Program-made: the position numbers and the translations under genes | From: a virus | Lineage: Duplodnaviria > Caudoviricetes | IMG/VR virus record: IMGVR_UViG_3300020181_000003 | Span: 1 to 43,698 of that record | Direction: 5' to 3' (one strand) | DNA: 43,698 bases | Notes under the pieces: model-generated | Database searches by the model: none | Told to the model about the DNA's origin: nothing | What the model saw: only the letters and a program-made list of their open reading frames with translations | Part shown: positions 34,446 to 41,908 of the stretch, piece after piece | Position numbering within the stretch: the first letter of the stretch is position 1 | Layout: every line of letters begins with the position of its first letter

Positions 34446-34647
34446 GATTCCGTTGCCTTTCGATGTCAGATGGTCCGCTATGGAAAGTGCGCATCATCTC
34501 GGCAGACGCGGCAAGTTCGTCTCCATTGGGGAGATCGTCCGCGAATGGATCGGACGTTGGGATGACGAGCCAAAGCCTGCCGAGCACGATGAGAAGGAGA
34601 ATGGTCGCTGCGAGAGCGAGGGCGCTAAGCGCGAGGATGGGGTTCAT
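34438..34647 (-). CDS. Small membrane protein
   Basis: N-terminal TM segment. Confidence 0.55.
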   Translation of the reverse strand: MNPILALSALALAATILLLIVLGRLWLVIPTSDPFADDLPNGDELAASAEMMRTFHSGPSDIERQRNLG

Positions 34648-34766
34648 CGGGCGCATTCCCTCCGCTCTGACCTGGCTTGTGGAAGCGTCAGGAAGCGGAC
34701 GCGCTCGACTTCAGCACCGCGCTTGATGGCGAGCGGTATGCGGGTGATGGGGATATGAGGGGACAT
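34644..34766 (-). CDS. Small hypothetical protein (40 aa, MSPHIPITRIPL...)
   Basis: Starts next to the MTase stop; ATGA overlap downstream. Confidence 0.4.
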   Translation of the reverse strand: MSPHIPITRIPLAIKRGAEVERVRFLTLPQARSERRECAR

Positions 34767-35441
34767 CTATGCTGCCTCCCTCATGCCGAGGTGATGCAGG
34801 AGCTGCTTGCCGATGAATTGCGTGTAGGCAGGCGGGATGGCTTGGTTCAGCTCATCCTTAGTCATCCAGTCGATGCCCATGGCGCCTGCCGCTGCGGCTT
34901 TAGAACAGTTGCCGCCACCGGTGACCTGAACGAACGCGGTCTCCTGCTCCAAGCGACGGAAATGCGACTTCCGCTTGTCCAGCGTATAGACGAGCGGATG
35001 CTTACCATGCGGCGGGGCGACCAGCGGCCAATCTGTTTCGAACAGACGGTGGCGCAACACACGAAGCGGGGGGAACATGGTTCCGCACAGGACAGCGGGA
35101 TCAATGAGGGGCGCGCCCTCCACGTTCTCGATCACATAAGGTCTGCCAACGAAGTGCAGGAGCATGCGGACAGGCTCAACGAGATCGGGATGCTGCTCGG
35201 CATTGCCGTTCCGACGCCCCAAATCGCTATAACGCTGACATGGCGGCGAGGCGTGGATCGCGTGGAAGCCAGACATGAAACCTTCGTCCAGTCTCAGAGC
35301 GTCGGCCTGAATGAACTGAAAAGGATACCGTGGCTGCGGCTTGATATCGACGCCAACGACTTCGAACCCCGCACGATGGTAGCCCATCGCCGCTCCGCCA
35401 GCGCCGCAGAACAGGTCGAGCAAACGAGGCCGGTTGTTCAC
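34767..35441 (-). CDS. Compact DNA (cytosine-5) methyltransferase
   Basis: Motif I LDLFCGAGG, IV SPPCQ, VI IENV, VIII RHRLF, X-like QAIPP. Confidence 0.88.
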   Translation of the reverse strand: MNNRPRLLDLFCGAGGAAMGYHRAGFEVVGVDIKPQPRYPFQFIQADALRLDEGFMSGFHAIHASPPCQRYSDLGRRNGNAEQHPDLVEPVRMLLHFVGRPYVIENVEGAPLIDPAVLCGTMFPPLRVLRHRLFETDWPLVAPPHGKHPLVYTLDKRKSHFRRLEQETAFVQVTGGGNCSKAAAAGAMGIDWMTKDELNQAIPPAYTQFIGKQLLHHLGMREAA

Positions 35442-35707
35442 CCCACCCTCCCGGCAACAGGACAGTCCTGGTCAGGACATTGGGGATTGGATGGGCTGGC
35501 GTCGTGAATAGCCGAAGGACGGGCAAGCAGGTTGCGCGCGCGCCGCTTCCAAGGCTCTTGGGACGCCTCCGCCAAGAAGCCGAAGCCGCCCTGGTAGAAT
35601 GCGCCCTTGCTGCGGTTGTTCGCCACATACAGCTTGTCAGCAACAGCGTAGACAAGCCCTTGCTCGTCAGAGCCGTAGTGGCGGCGAACTTCGTCAAGCC
35701 AGCTCAT
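35438..35707 (-). CDS. Hypothetical protein (89 aa)
   Basis: ATGA/GTGA coupling. Confidence 0.6.
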   Translation of the reverse strand: MSWLDEVRRHYGSDEQGLVYAVADKLYVANNRSKGAFYQGGFGFLAEASQEPWKRRARNLLARPSAIHDASPSNPQCPDQDCPVAGRVG

Positions 35708-35904
35708 GCTGCCCTCGCCGGGTCGGCGGGACGATAGGTCGCCATGAAGCGGCGAACCTTTGCCTCGGTTTCGGGCCACACCCGCCGTCCGGCGCGAAGC
35801 TGGCGCACGAAATGGCGGTCGTTGAGCGCCGCGTCGCCAAAAGCGGTCGGCACCATCTTGTGAGTGTCGAGGAATGCCTCGATGTCGTCGCGAAGGCTGC
35901 TCAT
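35704..35904 (-). CDS. cro: Cro-like repressor
   Basis: Small HTH divergent from cI (PTAFG..ALND..FV..LR.GR). Confidence 0.8.
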   Translation of the reverse strand: MSSLRDDIEAFLDTHKMVPTAFGDAALNDRHFVRQLRAGRRVWPETEAKVRRFMATYRPADPARAA

Positions 35905-35911
35905 TCCCGCG

Positions 35912-35994
35912 ATATTAGGTGGGATTGCTCACACCGTCAAGGTGTGATCTGTCGTCGCTATCCCGAAACCGCAGCCGTGTGTGATAGGTCCCAC
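35912..35994. promoter_or_regulatory. Lysis/lysogeny switch: PR-like promoter and operators
   Basis: Minus-strand TTGACG-N17-TAATAT; operators GTGGGATTGCTCACAC (35919-34) and GTGTGATAGGTCCCAC (35979-94). Confidence 0.8.
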
Positions 35995-36603
35995 ATGGCT
36001 AACGATGAAATGACACGAGTGCGCGAGGCTCTGCGCCGCGTGATGGATCGCAAGGGCGTTAAAGCCAAGCCGCTGTCAGTGAACGCCGGCCTCGGACCAA
36101 CCGCGGTCCGCGACATTCTCGATCGCGACGGCAGCGACGTGAAGCTGGGCACCTTGCGCAAGCTCGCTGACCAGCTCGACTCTTCCATTGAGGAGTTGAT
36201 CGGTGCGGAAGAAGTGGTGCTGTCCGGCCGTGTCGGCGCGGGTGGCAGCGTGATATTCGAAGAAGAAGCGCTTAGGACCGCACCGCGTCCGCCGGGTGCT
36301 GGCAAGGCTGTCGAGGCTCTTGAGGTGATTGGAGACTCAATGCTTCCGCGCTATTCGGAAGGCGACTTCGTCTACATCAGCCGTGCTCATGAAGGGCTTA
36401 AAGAGGAGTATTTCGGCGAGTATTGTGCCGTCAGGCTCGTCAGCGGCGAGACGTTCGTGAAGATCCTTTCCAGGGGCTCCAGACCGGGGTTCTACACTCT
36501 GCGGTCGTTGAATGCGGCCGATATGGAAGACGTAGAGGTCGAATGGGCAACTCCCATCATAGCGACCGTTTCGCGAGCTGCGCGGCGGCTGCTGGGGTAT
36601 TGA
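35995..36603 (+). CDS. cI: CI-like repressor (XRE HTH + S24 peptidase)
   Basis: HTH; VGAG cleavage site, GDSM catalytic Ser, FVK catalytic Lys. Confidence 0.92.
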   Translation: MANDEMTRVREALRRVMDRKGVKAKPLSVNAGLGPTAVRDILDRDGSDVKLGTLRKLADQLDSSIEELIGAEEVVLSGRVGAGGSVIFEEEALRTAPRPPGAGKAVEALEVIGDSMLPRYSEGDFVYISRAHEGLKEEYFGEYCAVRLVSGETFVKILSRGSRPGFYTLRSLNAADMEDVEVEWATPIIATVSRAARRLLGY

Positions 36604-36976
36604 CCCAATACCGGAAGCCGCCCTTCGGGGGTTCTGGCGGTAGCCGGTTCGGATAGTAGGACACCGGCGCCACAACATCATCGGTGATGACGACGCTGAT
36701 TTGCGCGCCGACGAGGCACGCGCGGCTCATGCCCATACTGGCGATCGTCCCGGCAATGCCTCTTCCCCGCTCATGGATTAGCTTCCGCAACGGGCTGGTG
36801 CGGGGCACATAGCCGATCGTCTTCCCTGCGCTCGACTCGACCCGGATCGCCATCTCATCATGCGGATTGTCCGGCTCATGATAGAAGCGAACGGGCTCCC
36901 CAGGGCGGCAGTTGCGTAGCGCATCCTGATAGAAGGATACGCCCACAATCCTGACGTAGCATAGCTCGTCTTCCAC
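36557..36976 (-). CDS. HIRAN domain protein
   Basis: IVGVSFYQ...EPDNPHD.MAI.V.....IGYVP. Confidence 0.88.
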   Translation of the reverse strand: MEDELCYVRIVGVSFYQDALRNCRPGEPVRFYHEPDNPHDEMAIRVESSAGKTIGYVPRTSPLRKLIHERGRGIAGTIASMGMSRACLVGAQISVVITDDVVAPVSYYPNRLPPEPPKGGFRYWVNTPAAAAQLAKRSL

Positions 36977-37022
36977 GCGACTCGCTCCTCATTGCCTCTG
37001 CTCTACGATTCCCGATGCGGAA

Positions 37023-37037
37023 GAACATTGCAAGAAC
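37023..37037. promoter_or_regulatory. Alphaproteobacterial LexA (SOS) box
   Basis: GAAC-ATTGCAA-GAAC, a perfect GTTC-N7-GTTC on the minus strand, upstream of the HIRAN gene. Confidence 0.65.
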
Positions 37038-37038
37038 G

Positions 37039-37091
37039 GTGTGATGGGTCCCATTTAGAGATTGACAGGGTGGGATGTGTCCCACTATACA
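37039..37091 (+). promoter_or_regulatory. PL-like early promoter with two operators
   Basis: Operators GTGTGATGGGTCCCAT (37039-54) and GTGGGATGTGTCCCAC (37070-85); TTGACA at 37062 and TATACA at 37086. Confidence 0.8.
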
Positions 37092-37151
37092 GACCTCATC
37101 GCCACTTGATCAGCTTCGGCTCAAAGACGGTGGCTCTGATGGAGGCAGCGC

Positions 37152-37448
37152 ATGACGGATTTCATCACCGAGAACGAGAAACGCGCGCAAAGAGCGTGTC
37201 CAGGTATCAAGATCGCCGCGCGTATTGATGGCACAAGCGTCTACGTCGGTGATCCCCTTGGCGAGGGAATTGGCCTCTACGTATACCACGACCCTGAAGG
37301 GCCGTGGGAACGCATCCCAGTGAGCGCCCAGGAGAGAATTGCCAGCGGCGATCTGAGAAGCCTTCGCATCGAGGCTGTGCGGTGCAGCGGCGGCGACGTG
37401 TGGCGTGCCCGCGAGATACTCGCCTTCCTGCGTGACGGGCGGATATAA
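37152..37448 (+). CDS. First early gene, hypothetical
   Basis: SD GGAGG. Confidence 0.7.
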   Translation: MTDFITENEKRAQRACPGIKIAARIDGTSVYVGDPLGEGIGLYVYHDPEGPWERIPVSAQERIASGDLRSLRIEAVRCSGGDVWRAREILAFLRDGRI

Positions 37449-37561
37449 TGCGCCCGCTCCCCAAGCCACAACCTTGCCCCAAATGCTTCTCTTATCACCC
37501 AAGGGATAGAGACTGCGTATTGGCTGCGAGGGCTGCTGTTCCGGAAAGGATGGCGGCGTGA
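37448..37561 (+). CDS. Small CxxC protein (37 aa)
   Basis: TAATG and GTGA coupling; CPKC..H....C. Confidence 0.5.
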   Translation: MRPLPKPQPCPKCFSYHPRDRDCVLAARAAVPERMAA

Positions 37562-37779
37562 GCGAAGCCCAAATCAAAGTGCGCTGCGGCGACTGCCGGT
37601 ACTTCGTGCGTGATGGCTTCTGCGGTTATCTCCGCAGTGAGGCGGGACGCGCGCCGGGGAAACCCTTTGCGCACGCTCCTTTCTGGGTTTGGTCTGACTG
37701 TTACAGCGACCGCGAGCAGGTCCGCTATAACGTACAGACCTGTTGCCCGACATTTGAAGCCCGTGGAGAAACCGCATGA
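37558..37779 (+). CDS. Cys-rich hypothetical protein
   Basis: CGDCRYF...C...CC; coupled. Confidence 0.6.
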   Translation: MSEAQIKVRCGDCRYFVRDGFCGYLRSEAGRAPGKPFAHAPFWVWSDCYSDREQVRYNVQTCCPTFEARGETA

Positions 37780-38120
37780 ACGCGTCCTCTCCAAAGGGAA
37801 GCCTGACTGTAGCCGATGTGCTGGATCGAGCTGCTGACCTGATCGAGCCGGAAGGCGCTTGGACGCAGCGGGAGGATGCTCGGAGTAAAAATGGCAGGTA
37901 TGTCGAACCTCTAAGCAGGGATGCGGTGAGTTTCTGCATGTGGGGCGCCATTGAGAGAGCGGCAGGCCTCACGAGCCCTATGGTGGCCTTGAATGTCGTC
38001 GGCGGACTAGTGCCGCTTGGTTTGATCGCGGGTTTCAACGACGCCCCCGAACGCACGCAACCAGAAGTAGTCGCCAAGCTTAGGGAGGCCGCTGCGAAAG
38101 CACGCGAGCAAGGGCTGTGA
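37776..38120 (+). CDS. Hypothetical protein (DUF6197-like)
   Basis: AADLI....WTQ...FC..GAI...FND..ERT..EVV..LR. Confidence 0.75.
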   Translation: MNASSPKGSLTVADVLDRAADLIEPEGAWTQREDARSKNGRYVEPLSRDAVSFCMWGAIERAAGLTSPMVALNVVGGLVPLGLIAGFNDAPERTQPEVVAKLREAAAKAREQGL

Positions 38121-38476
38121 CCGCCCTCCCGAAGCTCTCCACCCTAGAGCAAGAGCCGGGGTTCAGGTGGACGGATGACGCGTCTTCCGTGCTCGAGGAC
38201 TACCGCGCCCGCCTGCAGGTGGTGATCGCCGACAACGCGTTCCTCTGCACGACGGAACTGGCGAAGTCGTATCTGGCGAAGCTGGAATGGTGCCTCGCAC
38301 AGCCTGTTGGCGAGCAGCTTCACGTCTTCCGGGATCTGATGATCGAAGCCGGGATCGAGGACGTCATCCGGGAAGCCGAGTGGCACCGGAACTGGCTCGC
38401 CAATGAAGACAACCTTGCTGACCTGGTGAGGGCGACGCCTGCCCTGTCGGCACGTTCCGAAGGAGCAAGCCTGTGA
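38117..38476 (+). CDS. Hypothetical protein
   Basis: GTGA coupling. Confidence 0.7.
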   Translation: MTALPKLSTLEQEPGFRWTDDASSVLEDYRARLQVVIADNAFLCTTELAKSYLAKLEWCLAQPVGEQLHVFRDLMIEAGIEDVIREAEWHRNWLANEDNLADLVRATPALSARSEGASL

Positions 38477-38826
38477 CCGAAGAGGAAATCATGATCCGCG
38501 CGCGGGAGGCTTATATCGTTGCTGATCGCGTCACGTCAGACAGCTATTTGATAGCGGTGCGCGATGGCGAGTTCGACGGCAGGCTCGCTTTGAAAACAGC
38601 CGCGCAAGCCCTTCGCGATGCTTCCAAGCCCCTGTCCGAAATCCAGCCTGTCGATCCTGACCTGATCGAGGCGCGAGAATGCGCAGCACTGGTCTATGAG
38701 GAGCGAGAAAACAAAGAAGGAGCCGAAGAACTCCGGCGTGGCGAGTACGATGACAACGCGGGCGTGCAGGTCGCACTTCTCGCGATCAAGCGGGCCAAAG
38801 AGCGCACCCAAGGCGGTGCAGCATGA
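38473..38826 (+). CDS. Hypothetical protein with an internal duplication
   Basis: Two ARE...R.GE(F/Y)D...A modules. Confidence 0.7.
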   Translation: MTEEEIMIRAREAYIVADRVTSDSYLIAVRDGEFDGRLALKTAAQALRDASKPLSEIQPVDPDLIEARECAALVYEERENKEGAEELRRGEYDDNAGVQVALLAIKRAKERTQGGAA

Positions 38827-38987
38827 TCTCGCACATCGCACCTCATGTGAAGCGCCAGCAGGCGGAGAGTAGGGCCTTCAAGCAGCCTATGTTCGTGGAC
38901 GCCCCGGGCCTTGGCGGCATGACCGGCTTACTCGTCACCCTTCTGGGGGCTGTGGTGATCGGCTTTGCTTTGGCGGGGTCGCTGTGA
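38823..38987 (+). CDS. Small C-terminal-TM protein (54 aa)
   Basis: ATGA overlap; C-terminal hydrophobic helix. Confidence 0.55.
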   Translation: MISHIAPHVKRQQAESRAFKQPMFVDAPGLGGMTGLLVTLLGAVVIGFALAGSL

Positions 38988-39439
38988 TGGCGACTCCTTC
39001 AGGCTTCGATCCTTCGCGCGTTGTGACGCAAGCTGACCGTCGCTGGTGCACACGGTTCGACCGTTCGAGCGGCTTCCTTGAAGGCAAGTGGGACAACAGC
39101 ACAGTCACCATGAAGCCTGTGCTGGAGCATCGGTTCGAGGTTGAGGGAGATACGGCGCGGCGGATTTTCGCGGAAATCGTCGCTGACCTTGATATCAGCA
39201 CGGACGCAACATGCCGGGTGTACGCTGCGATAAAGCGGGCGCTTATGAAGCCGACAGAGCCCGCGATACGTCGCGATAGCGATGGAAGCGGTGAAGCCGG
39301 CGAGACGCAGAGTGACGCGGCCGTAGGCGAGAGCGCGGACCCGAAGGGTGACGCCCAATCTCCTTCGTCCTCCTCCCCCAAATCACAGAGCCAATCCCAG
39401 GAGGATGCCCGCCGCCAACCATCGGAGAACAGGTCATGA
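38987..39439 (+). CDS. Hypothetical protein
   Basis: TGATG coupling; 3' part runs through hairpin element A. Confidence 0.6.
   Translation: MATPSGFDPSRVVTQADRRWCTRFDRSSGFLEGKWDNSTVTMKPVLEHRFEVEGDTARRIFAEIVADLDISTDATCRVYAAIKRALMKPTEPAIRRDSDGSGEAGETQSDAAVGESADPKGDAQSPSSSSPKSQSQSQEDARRQPSENRS
39279..39356 (+). repeat. Multi-hairpin element, copy A (degenerate)
   Basis: GATGGAAGC..GGCGAGAC..GCCGTAGGC GAGAGC..ACCCGAAGGGT GACGCCC. Confidence 0.65.
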
Positions 39440-39675
39440 GTGAACATCCTATCGAGCAGCCGATCCGCGCGATCGACATAGATACCATTCCCGACGTTCA
39501 GGGCGGCTATGTGGTGGGACGCAACGGCGTCACCCGCATCGAGGCCTGCCAGAAGAGCGGCATGTATTCTAACATCCCCTACGTCCGCGTCTGGAAAGGC
39601 GACGTCTGCGAGGCCGAGTTCTGCCAACACAACATCGTCGGCGTCTACTTCGGCGAGCCGGAGAACAGGTCATGA
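39423..39675 (+). repeat. 17-bp direct repeats CGGAGAACAGGTCATGA flanking one gene
   Basis: Exact copies at 39423-39439 and 39659-39675. Confidence 0.9.
39436..39675 (+). CDS. Hypothetical protein (79 aa)
   Basis: ATGA coupling; SD GGAG within the repeat. Confidence 0.7.
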   Translation: MSEHPIEQPIRAIDIDTIPDVQGGYVVGRNGVTRIEACQKSGMYSNIPYVRVWKGDVCEAEFCQHNIVGVYFGEPENRS

Positions 39676-40418
39676 CAGAAGCAGAGGAAGCGCGGATCGA
39701 TGCACTCGCAAAAGCACTTCGGCTGCTCGACTTCGCCGCCGATGAAGGCTTTCACTATGATGCAGGGGACGGCCAAGTCCTGGACGCCGCCGACGTGTGT
39801 ACCGACCTCTGTGAGGAGTATGGGATCGAGCCGGAGCCGGGCTGGTGGAGGATTATTCCCGCCCTCTCCCGCCCCGTCCAGCAGACGCAGGTAGCGGGGG
39901 AAGCGGAGGTCACGAGAGCTGATCGGGATGCACTAATAGCTCTGCATCACCACAAAGTGGCGCCGATTATTGCGGATCATCTGGAGATTTCCCTTGAGCG
40001 CAGTCGCACGGATGGCGGTGGCTGGGTAACGACCGGTCACGAGAGCTGCGCAGTCATCGATGCCGCTCGATCTGTTATCGCTTACTGCCTGGCATTGCCC
40101 GCCGCTCTCACCCCCCAGGTAGCAGGAGAGGCCGATCGGTCTACTCAGCTTGAGGAGGTTGCAGCAGCTGCTGATGCTGTTTTCCCCATCATTATCGAAA
40201 TGTTTGAGGCCTTTCCCTACGCGGAAAAGAGCGGTGATGATGAGAAGGTGACGAGGCTTCGGCAGGCTTTACGCGCCTTAGCCGCCCTTTCTCCCGATCA
40301 TGGGATGGGGGATGGGCAAGTAGGGGCGTCCCTTCGGGCAACCTGCTCTCGTCCTTCGGATCAAGCCCCTTTGGGTCTTGACGCTCCGCGCGTCGATCAG
40401 GCGCAGGGAGGACGCTGA
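39672..40418 (+). CDS. Mosaic multi-module hypothetical protein
   Basis: Modules separated by QVAGEA linkers. Confidence 0.65.
   Translation: MTEAEEARIDALAKALRLLDFAADEGFHYDAGDGQVLDAADVCTDLCEEYGIEPEPGWWRIIPALSRPVQQTQVAGEAEVTRADRDALIALHHHKVAPIIADHLEISLERSRTDGGGWVTTGHESCAVIDAARSVIAYCLALPAALTPQVAGEADRSTQLEEVAAAADAVFPIIIEMFEAFPYAEKSGDDEKVTRLRQALRALAALSPDHGMGDGQVGASLRATCSRPSDQAPLGLDAPRVDQAQGGR
40323..40398 (-). repeat. Multi-hairpin element, copy C (inverted)
   Basis: Reverse complement: GATCGACGC GCGGAGC GTCAAGA CCCAAAGGG GCTTGA TCCGAAGGA CGAGAGC AGGTTG CCCGAAGGG ACGCCCC. Confidence 0.75.
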
Positions 40419-40948
40419 TGGGATGGGGAAATTGCGGTGAGGACAGCCGTGGTCGCGCAATCGGTTACTATCACACTGCGACCTGTGATCACGCGGGTTG
40501 CGGTGAGGCGATAGACCGCGGGCTGGCGTATGCTTGTGGGGGCATGCACGGGACCGGGTGTCTTGGCGGCGACGCTCGCATCGATTGGTCTGCTGATTTT
40601 CCGTCGTGCGAAGGCTATTTCTGCGAGCAGCACCTCCGCGCTCCCGACTTGGAGCATGAAGACGGCACTGAGATATGGGCGCCTACGTATTGTCCGGCGT
40701 GCTCTTCTGAGATCGAGCGGCTCTACCGCATAGACCCCGAATATCGCGATATGTGGCCTACGTCGGCGCCACCGGTGCCCCTGCCCGATAGGGGATTGAA
40801 GCCTTTGGTCGAGACCGAAGGGCTCGATGCGCAGCACGAAAGCCCCGCAAGGCAATCGCCAGAACCCTTCCCCTCCCCCACCCAAGGAGACTCCCATGTC
40901 GATCGCACTCGATCGGAACATGCTCGACGCCCTGAACAAGGCAGGTGA
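40418..40948 (+). CDS. Cys-rich (Zn-binding) hypothetical protein
   Basis: MGWGNCG...IGY...CDH.GC...IDRGLAYACGG.H...C..YFC..H...CPAC. Confidence 0.75.
   Translation: MGWGNCGEDSRGRAIGYYHTATCDHAGCGEAIDRGLAYACGGMHGTGCLGGDARIDWSADFPSCEGYFCEQHLRAPDLEHEDGTEIWAPTYCPACSSEIERLYRIDPEYRDMWPTSAPPVPLPDRGLKPLVETEGLDAQHESPARQSPEPFPSPTQGDSHVDRTRSEHARRPEQGR
40792..40860 (+). repeat. Multi-hairpin element, copy B
   Basis: GGGATTGAAGC CTTT GGTCGAGA CCGAAGG GCTCGA TGCGCAGCA CGAAAGC CCCGCAAGG CAATCGCC. Confidence 0.75.
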
Positions 40949-41201
40949 TGCCCTGAAGGCTGCCGGCGAGCCATACATCTCTCTCGGTTATCACCCGGCG
41001 GGCCCGCTCTTCGTGCAGGATGGCTATTCGATCCGTCTGGAATGCCCCGGTGTCACGATGGGGATCCACGGCAGCGGCTCTACGCCTGAAGAGGCTTACA
41101 TGGATGCCTGCGCCAAGCGTGCGGCTGCCATTGCCGAACAGGAGGAGCGGGAAGCATTCGAGGCTGAGTATCGTGCGCGTCGGGCAAGGATGGCGGCATG
41201 A
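40896..41201 (+). CDS. Hypothetical protein (101 aa)
   Basis: SD AAGGAG. Confidence 0.7.
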   Translation: MSIALDRNMLDALNKAGDALKAAGEPYISLGYHPAGPLFVQDGYSIRLECPGVTMGIHGSGSTPEEAYMDACAKRAAAIAEQEEREAFEAEYRARRARMAA

Positions 41202-41908
41202 CCACCATCGGCCACAACCTCCCTCCGGAACCCTTCGTTCTCATCACCGAGAGCATTGAAGACCTGCTTCTAGAGGCGAACAATCATCTCGACGGCAGCG
41301 AGATTGAGACCGAGCAACAGGAAGCCGCCGTAGCGAGCATCCTCACTCGTCTCCGTCGCGAGCTTAACGCTGCCGACGACATGCGCAAAGCCGAGAAGAG
41401 GCCGCATGACGAAGCTGCCAAGGCTGTCCAGGCAAAGTGGGCTCCCCTGCTTTCCAAGGGCGACCTGGCTGTCAACGCGGCAAAGGCGGCGCTCACCAAG
41501 TTCCTCCGCAAGCGGGAGGATGAAGCGAGGGCGGTGGCTGAAGCTGCTGCACAGGAGGCTCGGAGACAAGCCGAAGCCGCCGCCCGAGCAGCCGAGCAAG
41601 CGCGCCCGGATGATCTGGCAGGGCAAACAACTGTGCGCGTCCTGAAGGAAAGCGCCGCCGCTGCCGAGAAGGCTGCCGAGAAGGCGAGCAAGACGAGAGT
41701 ATCGGCAAAGGGCGGAGAGCGCGCCGTGTCGCTGCGCACGTCCTACACTGCCGAGATTACTGACGGCGTGGCGTTCGCCCGATGGGCTTGGGAGCACCGT
41801 CGCCCCGAGCTTCTCCAGTTCCTCGAAGAGCTGGCCGACCGCGAGTGCCGCCACGGCCCGCAGAATATCCCAGGAATCAACGTCATCACAGAAAGGAAAG
41901 CTGCATAA
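41198..41908 (+). CDS. Coiled-coil recombination-module protein
   Basis: IGHNLPP N-terminus, long helices, IPGI C-terminus; precedes the SSB-like gene. Confidence 0.7.
   Translation: MTTIGHNLPPEPFVLITESIEDLLLEANNHLDGSEIETEQQEAAVASILTRLRRELNAADDMRKAEKRPHDEAAKAVQAKWAPLLSKGDLAVNAAKAALTKFLRKREDEARAVAEAAAQEARRQAEAAARAAEQARPDDLAGQTTVRVLKESAAAAEKAAEKASKTRVSAKGGERAVSLRTSYTAEITDGVAFARWAWEHRRPELLQFLEELADRECRHGPQNIPGINVITERKAA

Noticed and set aside
35599-35994. N-terminal extension of CI (334-aa ORF)
   Set aside because: It overlaps cro and the operators on the opposite strand; the HTH begins after ATG 35995
39279-40860. Self-cleaving ribozyme or intrinsic terminators
   Set aside because: No hammerhead CTGANGA/GAAA core or U-tracts, and one copy is inverted
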